Assembly (NCBI RefSeq): GCF_001194135.2
Contig: NC_068984.1
Coordinates: forward strand, 28,733,793-28,797,792
DNA: 64,000 nucleotides
Direction of reading: 5' to 3'
Origin: Octopus bimaculoides
Taxonomy: Eukaryota
Shown here: positions 50,931 to 64,000 of the stretch, one piece after another
Layout of the letters: the number at the start of each line of letters is the position of its first letter
Numbering within the stretch: the first letter of the stretch is position 1
Position numbers and translations under genes: made by a program
The notes under the pieces: model-generated
Databases searched by the model: none
The model's input: the letters and a program-made list of their open reading frames with translations, nothing else
What the model was told of the DNA's origin: nothing

Positions 50931-52139
50931 CATTAATTAGAAAAAGGGCTTGGAGTAAAGAAAATAAGAAAGATATTTTTGTATAATTTCTACACAGCAA
51001 CAACCTAAGTGATACTGGAACTTATCAATTCTGAACAAGAGTGGAATAATGACATGTTTGATCATTGCATCAATGCTTTTGTTTGTGGCATGAGCACCAC
51101 AAAACTTAAAAGCAAAGTCAGTTGAACATTTTCAACTTTTTCCCGAAGAAACTTTTTGTCAAGATGAGTAAGAAAACGGCCACAAGCTAAATTTGCTAAC
51201 AGGGCAACATCATATTTGAAAGAGATGAAGACATAGCCATGGATTTTTTCTAATGAAAGTTGTGTAGCTTTCAACAATGTTCGACTTCCAATACTACAAT
51301 CACAGGCTATATATTCAACTTAGCAACGGGAAATCAATGCCCAAGAATTAACATCTTGTAAATATGTAAGAAAATATCTTTGTGTCATCAGCTTACCTAT
51401 AGTCATTCTACTTGGGCACATAAAAGTAACTTGACATAAACTAAAATTCAGCAGCAACAGATAAAAATCTACATTCACAATGTAAACCAACAGTCATTGC
51501 ATTGTATCAACAAGTTTTATTCAAATTATGCAATAATTATATTTTTATGGGTTTTTATACTGGACTAACTACATTTCATTAAGATCTCTAGTTTCTAACA
51601 GAGAGAAGAAAGGACCAAAATATAAAAAGAATTGTGTAAACTTAAATTTTTAATATTGTCCTTATAAATTATTCTTCAGCATTGTACTGTGGATTATCTG
51701 AACTCCTTTAAGCACCTTACCTAACTTAATGATGTGATCTAACTCATGAAAAGATGGTTAGAGTTAGGAAGTACATTTATCTGTAAAACAATGCCTCCAG
51801 ATTCATAAACATTTTACACAATTATGAAGCTGATACTAACATGAGAAAGAGTTGAAAATTAAACAAAGTTATAATATTTTGCCGATGTAGTAAATTGAAT
51901 ATTTCTTCATTGATTTTAACAAAATGTATAGTTAAAGAATTTCAGTTACTCTGCAGAATTTATATGTTACATTTAACATCAATATAATTTTGATTATATT
52001 GAATTCTGTGAGGATAATTTTGCTAGATTACTTTGGTTTTGAAATATATTTTACATTGATTTCTTCAGGCATCCTCATATAACAGGAGTATTTATTAATA
52101 ATTTAATGAGAAATGCCACTTTTAAATATTAAAGGCAAT

Positions 52140-53415
52140 TGGATATACTGTACAGGCAAGAAGACTGCCTTGATAAGGGCATGTGATTCATATATTAGGA
52201 GGATGGCTGTATAAAGAAGTACATACACTTAAAGTGAATGGCACCTGTGTAAGAGGGAGACGGAGGAAGACTTGAGATGAAGTAAGGATGTATCTGAAGT
52301 TATTGCGTATCATGGTGGAAATGACGAAGGACTGCATATGAGTGGCATGCTGTGCTGGAGAAGACCTACCTGCCTATTCAGGCTGACAGACATCACAAAT
52401 GAGTTATGTATATATGTATGTATTCATGAATGTATATGTCTGCATACAGTTATGTCTACATCACTGACCTATATGATAACCTCTCCTTCCTCTTATAACT
52501 TGTTCCATTGTCTCAAACCCCTTGCATCACACATTCCTGTCTCTCATCAGTCTTTTACCCACAACACTTTCATCCATATTTCTTGTGTTCATATCTTAGT
52601 CTCATACTTCTCATGCTATTCCCCAATTGCTTATCTTTCAATCTCTTCCTCCTCTTCTCATTTTCACTGTACTAAGCTGCTGATGTGACTAAAGGTATCT
52701 GTATATCACTTCTGTTCACCATATATTGCAATCTTTTGCCCATACTGTTACTGTATATTATTTTCTTTTACTCACGCCGTTTGCTCACGTCTCAGTTATT
52801 TCCCCTTGTTTTCAATATCACTGTACTTAATACTAACGATGATAGTGGATCTCTTCTGTCACCATACATTAATTCCAGTGTAACTAAGGATGCCAGTACA
52901 CTTATCTGACACAAACTCTCATTTGTGCCATTCACTAGTACATGGCCCAACTATTTTTCCTTCTCTCCTGCACCACCCTCATCATTCAACCTCTCTAACT
53001 TGTCTTGAAACCTATGTACAGGAGGCTACCCTGAACCAATTGTGCCCAATACATTTGACTTTTATCCCTTCTTCTTACATTGTTTGTTTCAGTTGTTTCA
53101 ATTTACCTGCTTTTATATTCTTGCTCCTGCTCTTCCATATGTCATAGGTCTCTCTCATTACTGTGTCTTAGTTACATTGCCTTCTGAGAGTGTCTTACCA
53201 TCTTAGTTGTCTTGAATATTCATATATATAGCAGTATATTCAGAACCTCTATCACACATCCCCCTATCATATATCCCTATCATCATTCATGCCATAATCA
53301 CTCATACTTCTATTTCTGCAAAAGGCTGATGGGTGAACAGAGATTTGGTGTTATAAACAGTAGAATACACTCATGAGGATGAGGATGATGATGATGATGA
53401 TGATGAAGATGATGA
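52140..53415 (+). mobile_element. RTE ORF2 3' end followed by C/T-rich segment and (GAT)n
   Basis: 52150-52370 reads QEDCL..GH....EDGCIKK.HTLKVNGTC.RGRRRKT.DEV. The following C/T-rich tract shares tgccatt...ggcccaact...cctatgtaca with 22021-22090. Confidence 0.65.
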
Positions 53416-54159
53416 TTGCAACAGTGATTGCGACTTATATATTATCAATAACCTTTATATGTATATTAGATAGTTACTATGGAAGCTGGTTTATTCATGA
53501 GTGAAATTAATTATTAAATTTACTTTATTATATTTACAGTCATTGAGTCTATTAATGTCACTTAGCATAATTTTTAATACTTTGTTAGCCTCAATACCCA
53601 AACTTAAATTTATCGTAAATCTTTAACATATTTTTGAAGTCATATTTCCAGCTTACTTAACACTCATTACCCTTTCTGCCTTAATCTATCATGATCAAAA
53701 TAACTCTCTAATTTTAATTTGTTATCAAAATCTACTAATTTCTGATTTCTTTTTCAAAAGGAAATAGATTACACATTTTGTTAGGCGATAATGCAGAAGC
53801 AGACATGCATGCACACACACACATGCACATACAAGACAAAATGCACGCACATGTAAGAACTACATCACAGAAATATATTATTATAAAATATATTTTTCAA
53901 CCAGTCATTGCATAGAAAGACTGAGTAATTGAGACTCAAATTGAGACTTATGAGCCTTACACAAATACATCATATTAGAATCTTATATAAAAACTAATCA
54001 CCAGGGATAAATATCTATGTTTTTAAACATAAATAAACTGTTTATCTTAATGTTCATTATATAATTTCTCATCCTTCTACAAAAAGTAACATTGTTTACA
54101 ATTAAATGTTACAGTATAATTATATTATTAGATGATATAATAAGGTAGGCAGTACTTAT

Positions 54160-54404
54160 ATTGGTTTTGAAGTTTGACTTGACAGAAGGCTAGAAAGTTC
54201 AGAGGAGTGGGTAAGTCGATTACATCGACCCCAGTATTCAACTGGTACTTATTTTATCAACTAAGAAAGAAAGAAAGAAGGAAGAAAGGAAGAAAGAAAG
54301 GCAAAGTTGACCTCATCAGAATTTGAACTCAGTTTGTAAAGACAGATGAAATGCTGCTCAACCTTTTGCTCAGCCTGCTAACAATTCTGCCAGTTCACTG
54401 CCTT
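54160..54404 (-). mobile_element. tRNA-derived SINE family B with (GAAA)n insertion
   Basis: gtcgattacatcgaccccagtattcaactggtacttattttatc...gaaaggcaaagttgacctc...gaatttgaactcag...ctgccagttcactgcctt, collinear with 22866-23069. Confidence 0.85.
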
Positions 54405-57400
54405 GGGCAGTATTTCATTTTAAATATAAAGTAGAACAACAGTTATACAGGTATGAAATACCACGGTAAATCTATCTTTTGCAATTTAGGAAAATATAAT
54501 TAAGTCACTTTGTAAATACTATACGAATGATTGCATTAGCTTTAATTTTTAAATCTGACGATTGCATGTCAGACTAAAGAAGTTGAAACATAAAATTGAA
54601 AATAAATAAAATTAATATGAAATTAAGTGACAAAATATGTAATCTCTCATATTTCATTAATTCAGTGCTTGGAGGTAGAACTATATACATCTGATCAAAA
54701 ATATTTCAATAATACCAGGTTTGAGTTATCATCCTTAAGTATATTTTCATCTAACATATAATCAATATCCATTAATTATGTGCTAAGATGGCTTGAATAT
54801 TACAATTATCTTTCATGCACTGACCAGTGCTTTTGATATTTATTATATTATTGCAATTAAACTGTTTCTCATATGTACATCACATGTTTGTAGCAGAAAA
54901 TATAACAAATCTTGTAATTGCATCTATCCGGAGAACAACAATTAATTTCAGCCATTACAATTACAAAAGATGGGTTCAATGAAGTGGTCGACATAAAACA
55001 ACAGTGATGGAAATAAATATTTGTTAGAGCTGCTATTGCACACTTTCTTATATTGCTATGATTAAAATTCCAGTAATAAACAACTATTTTGCCAAATGTT
55101 AATAGTGATTAAAATACTATATATGCCATTCATTATTTAAGCATGCAATTAGAAATGGAATGTTCAGCATTTTATTGTAAATTTTTCTCTTCTGTTAAGA
55201 TTTGAATGGGTTTTCTACTTAGTATCTTTTGATATCTCTTCAGAGAGACTGAAAACCAATTGCTTACACAGATTCCAATAAAACAAATAGTGATAGATAG
55301 ATGAAATGGAACAAAGCAGAATATTTCTTCAACGAAGATTCCACTAAATTACTGGGTCAATGTACTGAATTTGGTGATCTATTACTAGAAGTTCAACTGA
55401 CTATTAATTATATTTTACTTGGTCTTGAGACCAAAAGAAATTGACATTAAAAGATAGTTGTAATGAGCAGAAATAATGTTACGTTCACATCACAAATTGT
55501 AATAAAGAAAAAAGCTTATGAGAGTATATAATTATATCTGTGAGTCAGTTCTTTAAGGCTTATACTACTAAAAATAAGACACATTTCCAATAGTTCACTA
55601 TTAAATTATTTATTATTATATACATCTGAAATTGTTAGTGAGCACCTCAATATATATTTTGCTGAATAATAATTTTTGTTATCATCATAAAATGCTGCCT
55701 AATATAATGTCTACACTTTAAGTATATTTCAGTTTTTATAAAGATTCCTAGATTAATTTCAATCTTGCTCTATCTATATTTGATATTTCTTTCTTTGAAT
55801 ACTGCTAGTACAGTGAGCAAATAGAAAATAAACAATATGATATAACTTTTCATCTAACATTGACACTGCAGGTCATGCATGACAAAGTTGTAGAGTCTCA
55901 ACTGCAGAAATTACCTACAAGAAGTTTTGACAACATTATATCATACAGATTGGAGAAATATGTATGTCTTAGCAGTTGGTTCATAATGCATATCAAAACC
56001 ATTTAAAGCACACATAGCTTCTAAAAACACATGAAAAGCATAGATAACAAAAGATTAACAAGTAATAAAATGATCTTTATAAAATTACAAATGATTAAGA
56101 TAATAATATGGAGTTGACTATCTGCATACAAAAAACTGGTATTCAACAAATGAAGCTTTACAAAAAAAAAAAAAAATAATAATAATGGTAGCTTCAAACG
56201 TGATTTATGATATAAATGTCAGCTGAACAGTGACGTCATACAATTTGGGGCATGACCAATAGACAGTATGCATTAGAAAAAAGTAATAAATATGGATAGG
56301 ACATGATGGACTTTAAAAACAAATCTTAACAATGAGTGATACATCAAACAGAGTTTTTCTACTCATTGAATAAAACAAAAATGTAAGACCTATTAGTGAT
56401 TAAATACATACTGACTGTATTAGTGTGTGTATGTGATATTTCTGTCTATTGCTCTTGAAAAGGAGGCTTTATTGAGCAATGAAAGGCAAAATTGCAGTTA
56501 AAAATCTCATGAACAAAACAATATTTAAAATGACAGCCTTATAATTATAGTACTTATTTTATGGGGAAAAAAAATTGAAATAAATAAACGATATGAACAA
56601 ATAAAATAATTAATATTGTGAAGAATGCCAAAAACATTTTTTTCTAAATGAGAATTAAAAAAAAATTTAATTAAAAGAAACTTAAAACTCTAAAAGAAAC
56701 TTTCTGAAAAAATAGAATTTCTCCCCACTAAGACCCTGAAGGGAAATATCAACAAAACTAGCTTGTCCAGTTTATCAAAGACACTCTCTCTTCTACAAAA
56801 ATATATATATATATGAATACATATATACATCATTTTTACTTGCCACATAAGCATGAAAAAACTGGAAATATTACAAATATACAACTGCAGATTTTTTGGT
56901 TTATTTTGCTTATTTATTGGCATATTTCTACAGCTAATATTACTACTAACTCTTACAAAACTAATAGTACCCCTATACCTAATACAAAAATCTTAACCAC
57001 CTTCAGCACCACTGCAATTCCTGATTAAACAAATTTTGAAATAACTCTTTCATTGTTCAGCATTTCAAATAATCATGAAAATATCAATTATTGTCAATAG
57101 TTTACAAAATATGACAAACAGAAGAAAAAGAAGAAGAAAAAAAAAGAAGACAACATTAAGAAAAATATTAGAGAAAAAACTTAAAATCAACAAACAACTT
57201 AAAATATTTTTTCTGCAATTAAATGTACTTTTCATTGTTATTGTTTTTCAGAATTCAATGAATTTAACAAAGAAAATTTCTTCCAACCAATTTAAATGGC
57301 ATTATTTGTTTCCTTTCTGTTTGTTTTCTTTTATTTTCAATTTTTAATGACAATTGAATACATTCAGATAAATTTCCAAAGTAAAATATTATAAAGAAAA

Positions 57401-60400
57401 AAGTGAAAATAATTCAAATGATATGAAAATTTTCATGAAAAACAATGTAAAAAGCAATAAATGAATAACGCTTCCTTTAGTAACCTTTATATTAATGGAG
57501 TAAAGCTTCAGCAATGTCTAATATTTAAACAACTTTCAAATGGTTTCCATGCTGGAAATAACAATGTATTTTATAACTACGTATATACATATAGATACAT
57601 ATAATAACAGACTCACACTATTACAGGAAGAAAGAGACAGGCAGTAAGAGACAAAAACTGATATATAAATATATATTAGTCATTAAGGAAAATAGTTCTA
57701 CTACTATTTAGCAAGAATAAAAATGAGCAGAAAGACATGTTCCTAACTGAATAGTAATGATTGATGTTCCACCTTCTGATATGTTACCACTTAAGTATAC
57801 CCGATAAACAACTAAAATAATTTTTTCATGCAATCCTTTCCATTTTTTTTTTTTTTGTATGACATATCCAGGCACATAAATGATAGATTAAATAAGTGTA
57901 TAGAGCAATTTCATTATATAGAGGACGAAAAGTTTAAACCTATTTCATTTTAAGTAGGAGATATACAAGAAAATTGTTTTTACTTTCACTGGATTGTTAT
58001 AGACCAATATTAGGTATTTATGAGAATGCGTATATGTTTTAGATGTAATATTTGTAACAGATCCATAGAAAGACTTTACAAACATTTTCTCCTGAATCCT
58101 CAGTTCAAATGACAAGGAGCTAACATGGCTTTACACGATGTTGCCGTTATACTTGGTATACCATTCCTGAAAAAATCTGGCTTCGTACATAACTTAATGA
58201 AATCATTTTTTTTCTTTCCATAAAGAATAGCAAGTCGCTAATTTACATTTTAAACTAGATCTTCCCCACCATCCTAAAGAAATGAATGCTGTAATGATGC
58301 ACAGTGCAAAGGACAGATAATAGTCAGTGCAAGCAAAACTCATTTCAATAAAGTTTACGAAATGAAACAAGTCTGCTACATAGAGACAGAAATTTTAACA
58401 CTTTTAATGAGACATTCTGTTGGAGAGCAAAAAGAAGATGAAGGTTGTAAATAATTCTGGAGAGTATAAAAAGGTGACATATCACATATTTGTATGATGA
58501 ATAATATGTTTGTGGAGGTGATGCCTAAAATTGCGTGAACATATGTCTCAACACAAACACCCATGTGCATACACTCAACCACACATCCTTGTTACACTGT
58601 TTTTTTTAGAGAGCATGTGATTTGAAACATTTGGAAGAAACTAGCTTGGGTAACTGATAACCAAAGTTACTCAGCCTGGGGCATATAGTCGGCAAAATAT
58701 AATTTAGCTCTGGGTCAACCCTGATCAACCAAACACTTGATAAAAGAAGTCCCAATTGTGATAATCTTTTCCCTTTGCTACTCTCACAACCTGTCAAAGA
58801 ACATTTTAGACTTTAAAAAATGGTAGAGTCACAACTGGGACATCTTTTATGAATGGTTTGCTTGATCAAGTCTAACATGAATGTAAACAATATTTTGCAG
58901 CAACTGAAACCCGACTATTAGTTGACTAAATTATAGTTTTACTGTTACCTAGTTGTTTGTCACCCTGTTGTCACTAAACTGGAAAGATTATAGCTTGAAT
59001 TGCAGTTATTGTTTACAGAATGTTGGGAATTTAATGTTCAACAGTATTTTAGTCTTTTCCAATTAAAAATTTATATGCCTCAATACATAAATATGTTGAT
59101 ATATAAAGTAACAGAATATGGTGCAACAAGGATTCAATGTTTAAAATGCAGTCTGTTACTGGTAGTTTAAGTGATTTATCACGTTTCTAAACATTTTGTT
59201 GTAATGTTACTCCCTGTGCTTTCTGTCTGAAACAAGATTAAAAAAAACATTTGCTGAAGTCTACATATTTTATTTTATTATTAGAAATGACAGCCATTAG
59301 CCTCCTGACTCTTTTGATAAACTATTCTTTAAATCAGAGGAACATGTTTTACATTTGAATATACAATATTTTTTAGTTCATAAAACATTTGCAACATTTT
59401 ATCTGTTATAAAAAGTGACAGAGAGGGGGAAAAAACTATATTTGTACATTTTATTGTCAAAGTAATAGGTTGAATGTAGAATTGTTGTTCTACATTGGTA
59501 ATATGAATAGATAATCTTTATTGACACTAACACACTTCAAGCACAGCAAAGAGTAAAAAATAGTGTAAATAAATCTGCAAGTTTCTCTTTAAATCATGGA
59601 GCTGTCATTTGCTGTTACTGTTGTCCTTACACTGTAATCCCAACTACATCAAATACCCACTCTCAAAAACTTGCTTTGGTTTGACGTTTCTGTCAACAAA
59701 AAATATAGCTCACTACTTTGTTGTCATTACTTTATATAAAATTTCTCTAAGTAAAGAAATTCTTGCTTTGGGTTAAATTTGCAGTCGGTACCGTATTTAA
59801 ATTTAGAACCGTACAATTCCTGTCTTTTTGTCAAATAAATTCAGTTCTATTATTGTCATATATATTCAACTATATATATGTATACTATATATATTTTCTA
59901 AAAACTTAAAAGCAAAAATGTAAATTTTTTTTACTGATATATTTTCTATTAGTCAAAATGCTTATTTTCATTTTATATACATATAAGTGATTGGTTTGGG
60001 TTTATATACAACCTATATTAATAATATAACATAAATTTGTAAAATTACTGGCTTACTCTATCGCCAAGATATATTGCAGCTGTTGATGAGCAATCAATAA
60101 AAAGAGAAAAAAATATTCTTGAATACTTTCTAGTATCAAACATTTGGGTCACTATACTTAATAATTAACAGGTTTCTTAAGCTGGTCCGTCTTTGGTTGA
60201 ACATCCTTTATATTAAAGAAAAGTAAAATCTTTACAAAAAGTAATAAAAGTTTCTAGGTTGTTCCTGATGAACTTTTAACATATTTTACAATTGGAAAAC
60301 GTGTTATAATTTTAACCATGCCTAGCTGCCTAAAACAATAAATAAGTGAATAGACAGATTATAATAGTTAAGTAACTGTAGAGCATTATGAATTTTGAAA

Positions 60401-60683
60401 CAGATCATTCATATATGTTACTAATGTCAGACAATGAGATAACTGTAACTAGTGACTTATTGCATGCTAGATGAATTTTCATACAATTCAATTTCATTTA
60501 AATTCTTATGCTTACATAAAGAATCTTGCAAACCAAATGCAATGTGAGTTCGTGTATTGAAGCATATTCTATTGTGTCTGGGGAAAGTCATTCTCTTTCA
60601 GTGCCTTATAATTTAACACGCTCACCGGTGAGTATGTTAAATTATAAGGCACTAAAAGAGAATGACTCTTCCCAGACACAACA

Positions 60684-60743
<60 letters not shown>

Positions 60744-61764
60744 GAAGTAAAGATGTTACAAGTAATTTAGCTATTCTTTGATAATTGAATAGGTCAAATA
60801 AATGTATAAAAGAATTAATATACATCATGAAGCAGAACCCAGGAGTAAAGTGCCACAAATTCAATTGATAGAGCAAGTCATAACGAAACTAAAGCAGAAA
60901 TATCTTCAAGTTATAATTAAATTAAATAATTTGATATTCGAACAAACACCATCCTATAAATGTAACCATTGTAAAGGCAAACGTTATAGTTATTACAAGA
61001 TGAATCTAAGTTCGCATTTTAGTAGCTATTTCAATATCATTTTAGAGAGAGGGACAATTATCTACTTATTTCTGAATACAGAAATAACTTTGAATCATAA
61101 AGATAAGGTGCAGTACAATTTAACTGATGAAATAAAAGCAATATATATTTGTTTAACTAAGTTATCAGATATAATATTAGCAGAAAGTGAAGACTAAATA
61201 TTTGATAAAGGTAGTCTTTGAAAGAAAAACAATGTTGCATCAAGGAAATATTTGAATAAAAAGTTTCCCAATTAATATTGTAATTTAGCTGAAGGGATCT
61301 TCAAACAAATCCCCTGTAAAACATTGATATAGTTGCAGCTTAACCAGGTGTAGATTATTCTCACACTCAACACTGCTATTACGAAAGTGAAACAATAACA
61401 TTATACACTAATGTAGTTGTGTCCTCTGTGGCAATCAGAGATAATCATTTGAAGGTTTCTGTCATCATAGACAACAACAATATGATACAGTGAGAGTGCC
61501 AAAATCATACGCAAAAACATAATGTGTTTGCAAGTGGGGTTTTCAATGGCAAACTCAATCAGCTTATTGCAAGTATTAGAGAGAAAAATATTATCACTAT
61601 CTTAGTTGCAGCACATGCCCAAAACCCACATACATATACATGTTAAACATGTATACATACCATACACCATGACAAGCACACATACACTTATACTACGAGT
61701 TTGCAATGATATATTTATAAGTTTCACACGATGTGTTCCGCAGATTTAAATGAATTAGTACTCT

Positions 61765-62543
61765 ATCATCATCATCATTTAACATCCGTTGTCCATGCTG
61801 GCATGGGTTGGAAGGTTTGATGGAGCTGGTACGCTGCACCAGACTCCAGTCTGATATGGTATGGTTTTCTGTGGCCGGATGCCCTTCCTAATGCCAACTA
61901 CTCCGAGAGTGTATTGAGTGCTTTTACGTGCCACCGGCACGGGTACTATTTGCATGACACCAGGGTGCGTTTACATATCACTGACACAGGTGCCAATTTG
62001 CGTGCCACCAATATCTGCCATGACTGTGATTTTGCTCAGCTTGATGGGTCTTCTTCTCAGGCATGACATAATGCCAAAAGGTCTTCGTCATTACCTCTGT
62101 GAAGCCCAATACTTGAAAGGAACTCAGCCACCTTGCCACCGTGAGGCCAAGCACTTGAAAGGAACTCAGACACTTTGCCTCTATCAGGCCCAATGCTCAA
62201 GAGGAACTCAGCCACTTTATCTCTGTGAGACTTAACACTCGAAAGGAATTCAGCTACTTTGTTTCCGTGAGGTCCAACGTTCAAAAGATGTTCTATACGT
62301 GCCACCAGCATGGGTGCACTTGGCTTGACGGGTCCTCTCAAGTAGTCATTGCCTCTGTGAGGCTCAAAGTTCGAACAACATGCTTCATTACCTCGTCCAA
62401 TATCTTCCTGGGTCTACCTCTACCACAAGCTCTCTCCACAGTTAGAGATCAGTACTTGTTTACACAGTTGTCCTCATCCATATGCATCACACGACCATAC
62501 CAGCCCAGCCTTCTCTCTTGCACACTGCATCTATCACTAACCT
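61765..62543 (-). mobile_element. 5'-truncated RTE-clade LINE with 42-bp tandem array in its 3' region
   Basis: The minus strand reads RCSVQERRLGWYGRVMHMDEDNCVNKY*SLTVERACGRGRPRKILDEVMKHVVRTLSLTEAMT, then the array, then the tail ...gttggcattaggaagggcatccggcc...aacccatgccagcatggacaacggatgttaaatgatgatgatga. Confidence 0.9.
62093..62288. repeat. 42-bp tandem repeat, 4 full units plus a partial unit
   Basis: Units at 62093-62134, 62135-62176, 62177-62218, 62219-62260 and partial 62261-62288. Shared core gaaaggaactcagccac(t/c)tt. Confidence 0.92.
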
Positions 62544-63837
62544 AATAATTAGTGATAAAAAACAAGAACATTTAATCCACATTTTATCATGTCTTCTGTT
62601 GCCAGTAATAGGATTCCCACTATTATTATTATCATTATTATTATTATTATTATCGTTATTATGTTAGTGTAGAAAAATAACCATCCATGTTCTAATTCTA
62701 AAGATAAGTGTCATTTAAAAACAAAGTCCGGATTATTTGAGTTAACAGATTTACATTTTCTACATTTGGCTTAATATATTCTTCAAGTCTGTGTCAATGT
62801 AAATAAATAAAATCCTAAGAGAAAGATATGAAATGAAATAGACCTATATATTTTTAGTATTTTAAATTATAAATTTTTTATTTTTACTTATTTGTAAATT
62901 CTCGCTTATGTTTCTTCTCATACGCTTTTGTATAATTAATTCTATGTTTACAGATTTGTCTCGGTTTACTTTAGTAAACTATATATCTTTGATTTTAAAT
63001 AGTATCAAATTTAATCTCTCATCAACTGCCATGTTATTCTTAAAATGTCGCTCTGTTCTTCTATTAAGCACAGATTAAAACTTTAAAGTCAAGATAAATA
63101 TATGAACATATATGAAAGAACAACACAAATGCATGCATATTTGTTTACATATGAACATGAATGAATATCAGCATCTCTAAGGACATGTGATAAATTGAAG
63201 AATTTCAATTTAGAATGTAAGAAGAGAAATATATTCTTGGATCCAGTGTTAAGTGAAGCAAATGTTATTGTATTTTATTTTATACTCGAATAATTTTAAA
63301 TAATCAAGTACTCAATAAAAACAATACTTATTTGAGGTCACTGAAATAATAGAAACTCTCAGTATATCTAACATGGTCTTCATGAGATTAATTTTATAGA
63401 AATCTCTCCAATTAACAATGATTATTGTTAAGAGAGTGTATGATAGATTTGGCAGTGCACCAGGCAAAATAATTTGGTATTTAGTGACTTCTTTACATAG
63501 TTTAAACTTCACCAGATTCAACTTCACTTTCCATCCTTCAGGAGATTAATAAAATTAGTATCAGTCAGTTATGGAGGTGATTTAAAACACTATATCTTAC
63601 TCAACATTTATGGCCTTGGATTCATGTAAGAAAATAATATCATTATAATTATATTTTTTTGACAAGTGTTATAGTTTCCTTGAAACATTGCAGAATATAT
63701 AAGAATAGAGAGTTAAAGAGCTATGACAATGCAGTTGGAATAACATTAAATAAAAATGAAAACAATTTCTTTAATCCTATAAACAATTAATAATGCTTAT
63801 ATTTCAGGAGAAAACAATCCTGATCAAAGTGTGAAAG

Positions 63838-64000
63838 GTACACGTGGCTGTTTGGTCTACATTATTACTATGGGCAGTAGATTGACAGAACCAATAGAGT
63901 GTTGGACAAAACGCTTTGTTTCTCCCAGATCTTTGTTTTGAATTCAATTCAGTCAAGTTTGGCTTCAATAAAATAAAGTACCAATTAAGAACTGGGGTTG
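63838..64000 (+). mobile_element. Degraded tRNA-derived SINE (family B-like), cut by window edge
   Basis: gaattcaattcagtcaagtttggcttc...aataaagtaccaattaagaactggggttg resembles the B-box and central aagtaccag...actggggtcg motif of family B. Confidence 0.55.

Noticed and set aside
56813-57028. 71-aa ORF with hydrophobic then Thr/Ser-rich segment
   Set aside because: It is on the wrong strand for the Ig gene, starts in a (TA)n tract, and has no supporting structure.
60802-61197. 131-aa plus-strand ORF with a CxxC (CNHC)
   Set aside because: It has an AT-biased composition (K/I/N/Y), no domain pattern and no splice signals, and is likely a chance ORF.
62093-62288. Regularly spaced repeats as a CRISPR-like array
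   Set aside because: The whole 42-bp unit is repeated with no unique spacers, it lies inside an RTE retrotransposon, and the context is eukaryotic.
63808-63837. Plus-strand 30-nt segment atttcag|GAGAAAAC...GTGAAAG|gtacac encoding GENNPDQSVK, echoing the GEN start of the Ig exon
   Set aside because: It is on the opposite strand, has no Ig motif beyond three residues, and its donor coincides with the start of a SINE. Treated as chance.

Overview
AT-rich, repeat-dense animal genomic DNA with one 741-N scaffold gap (12108-12848). The SINE, RTE-LINE, MITE and microsatellite content looks like an octopus (coleoid cephalopod) genome; this is inferred from remembered repeat families, not from a search. 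Only one convincing protein-coding exon is present: a 113-nt minus-strand exon (8807-8919). It encodes the first half of a V-type Ig domain of the DIP/Dpr/IgLON (lachesin-like) neural cell-surface class. The rest of the window is most simply read as that gene's very large introns, filled with degraded RTE and CR1-like LINE fragments, at least two tRNA-derived SINE families, hAT, Tigger-like and Helentron-like non-autonomous elements, and simple repeats. No rRNA, true tRNA gene or CRISPR array was seen. The most interesting leads concern RNA processing of this gene: a hairpin covering a recursive-splice-like site 193 nt past the exon, a phase-compatible signal-peptide-like candidate exon interrupted by a single UGA, and nested inverted repeats that could form dsRNA. 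All are hypotheses needing RNA-seq. Repeat boundaries are by eye and approximate unless TIRs or TSDs are quoted.
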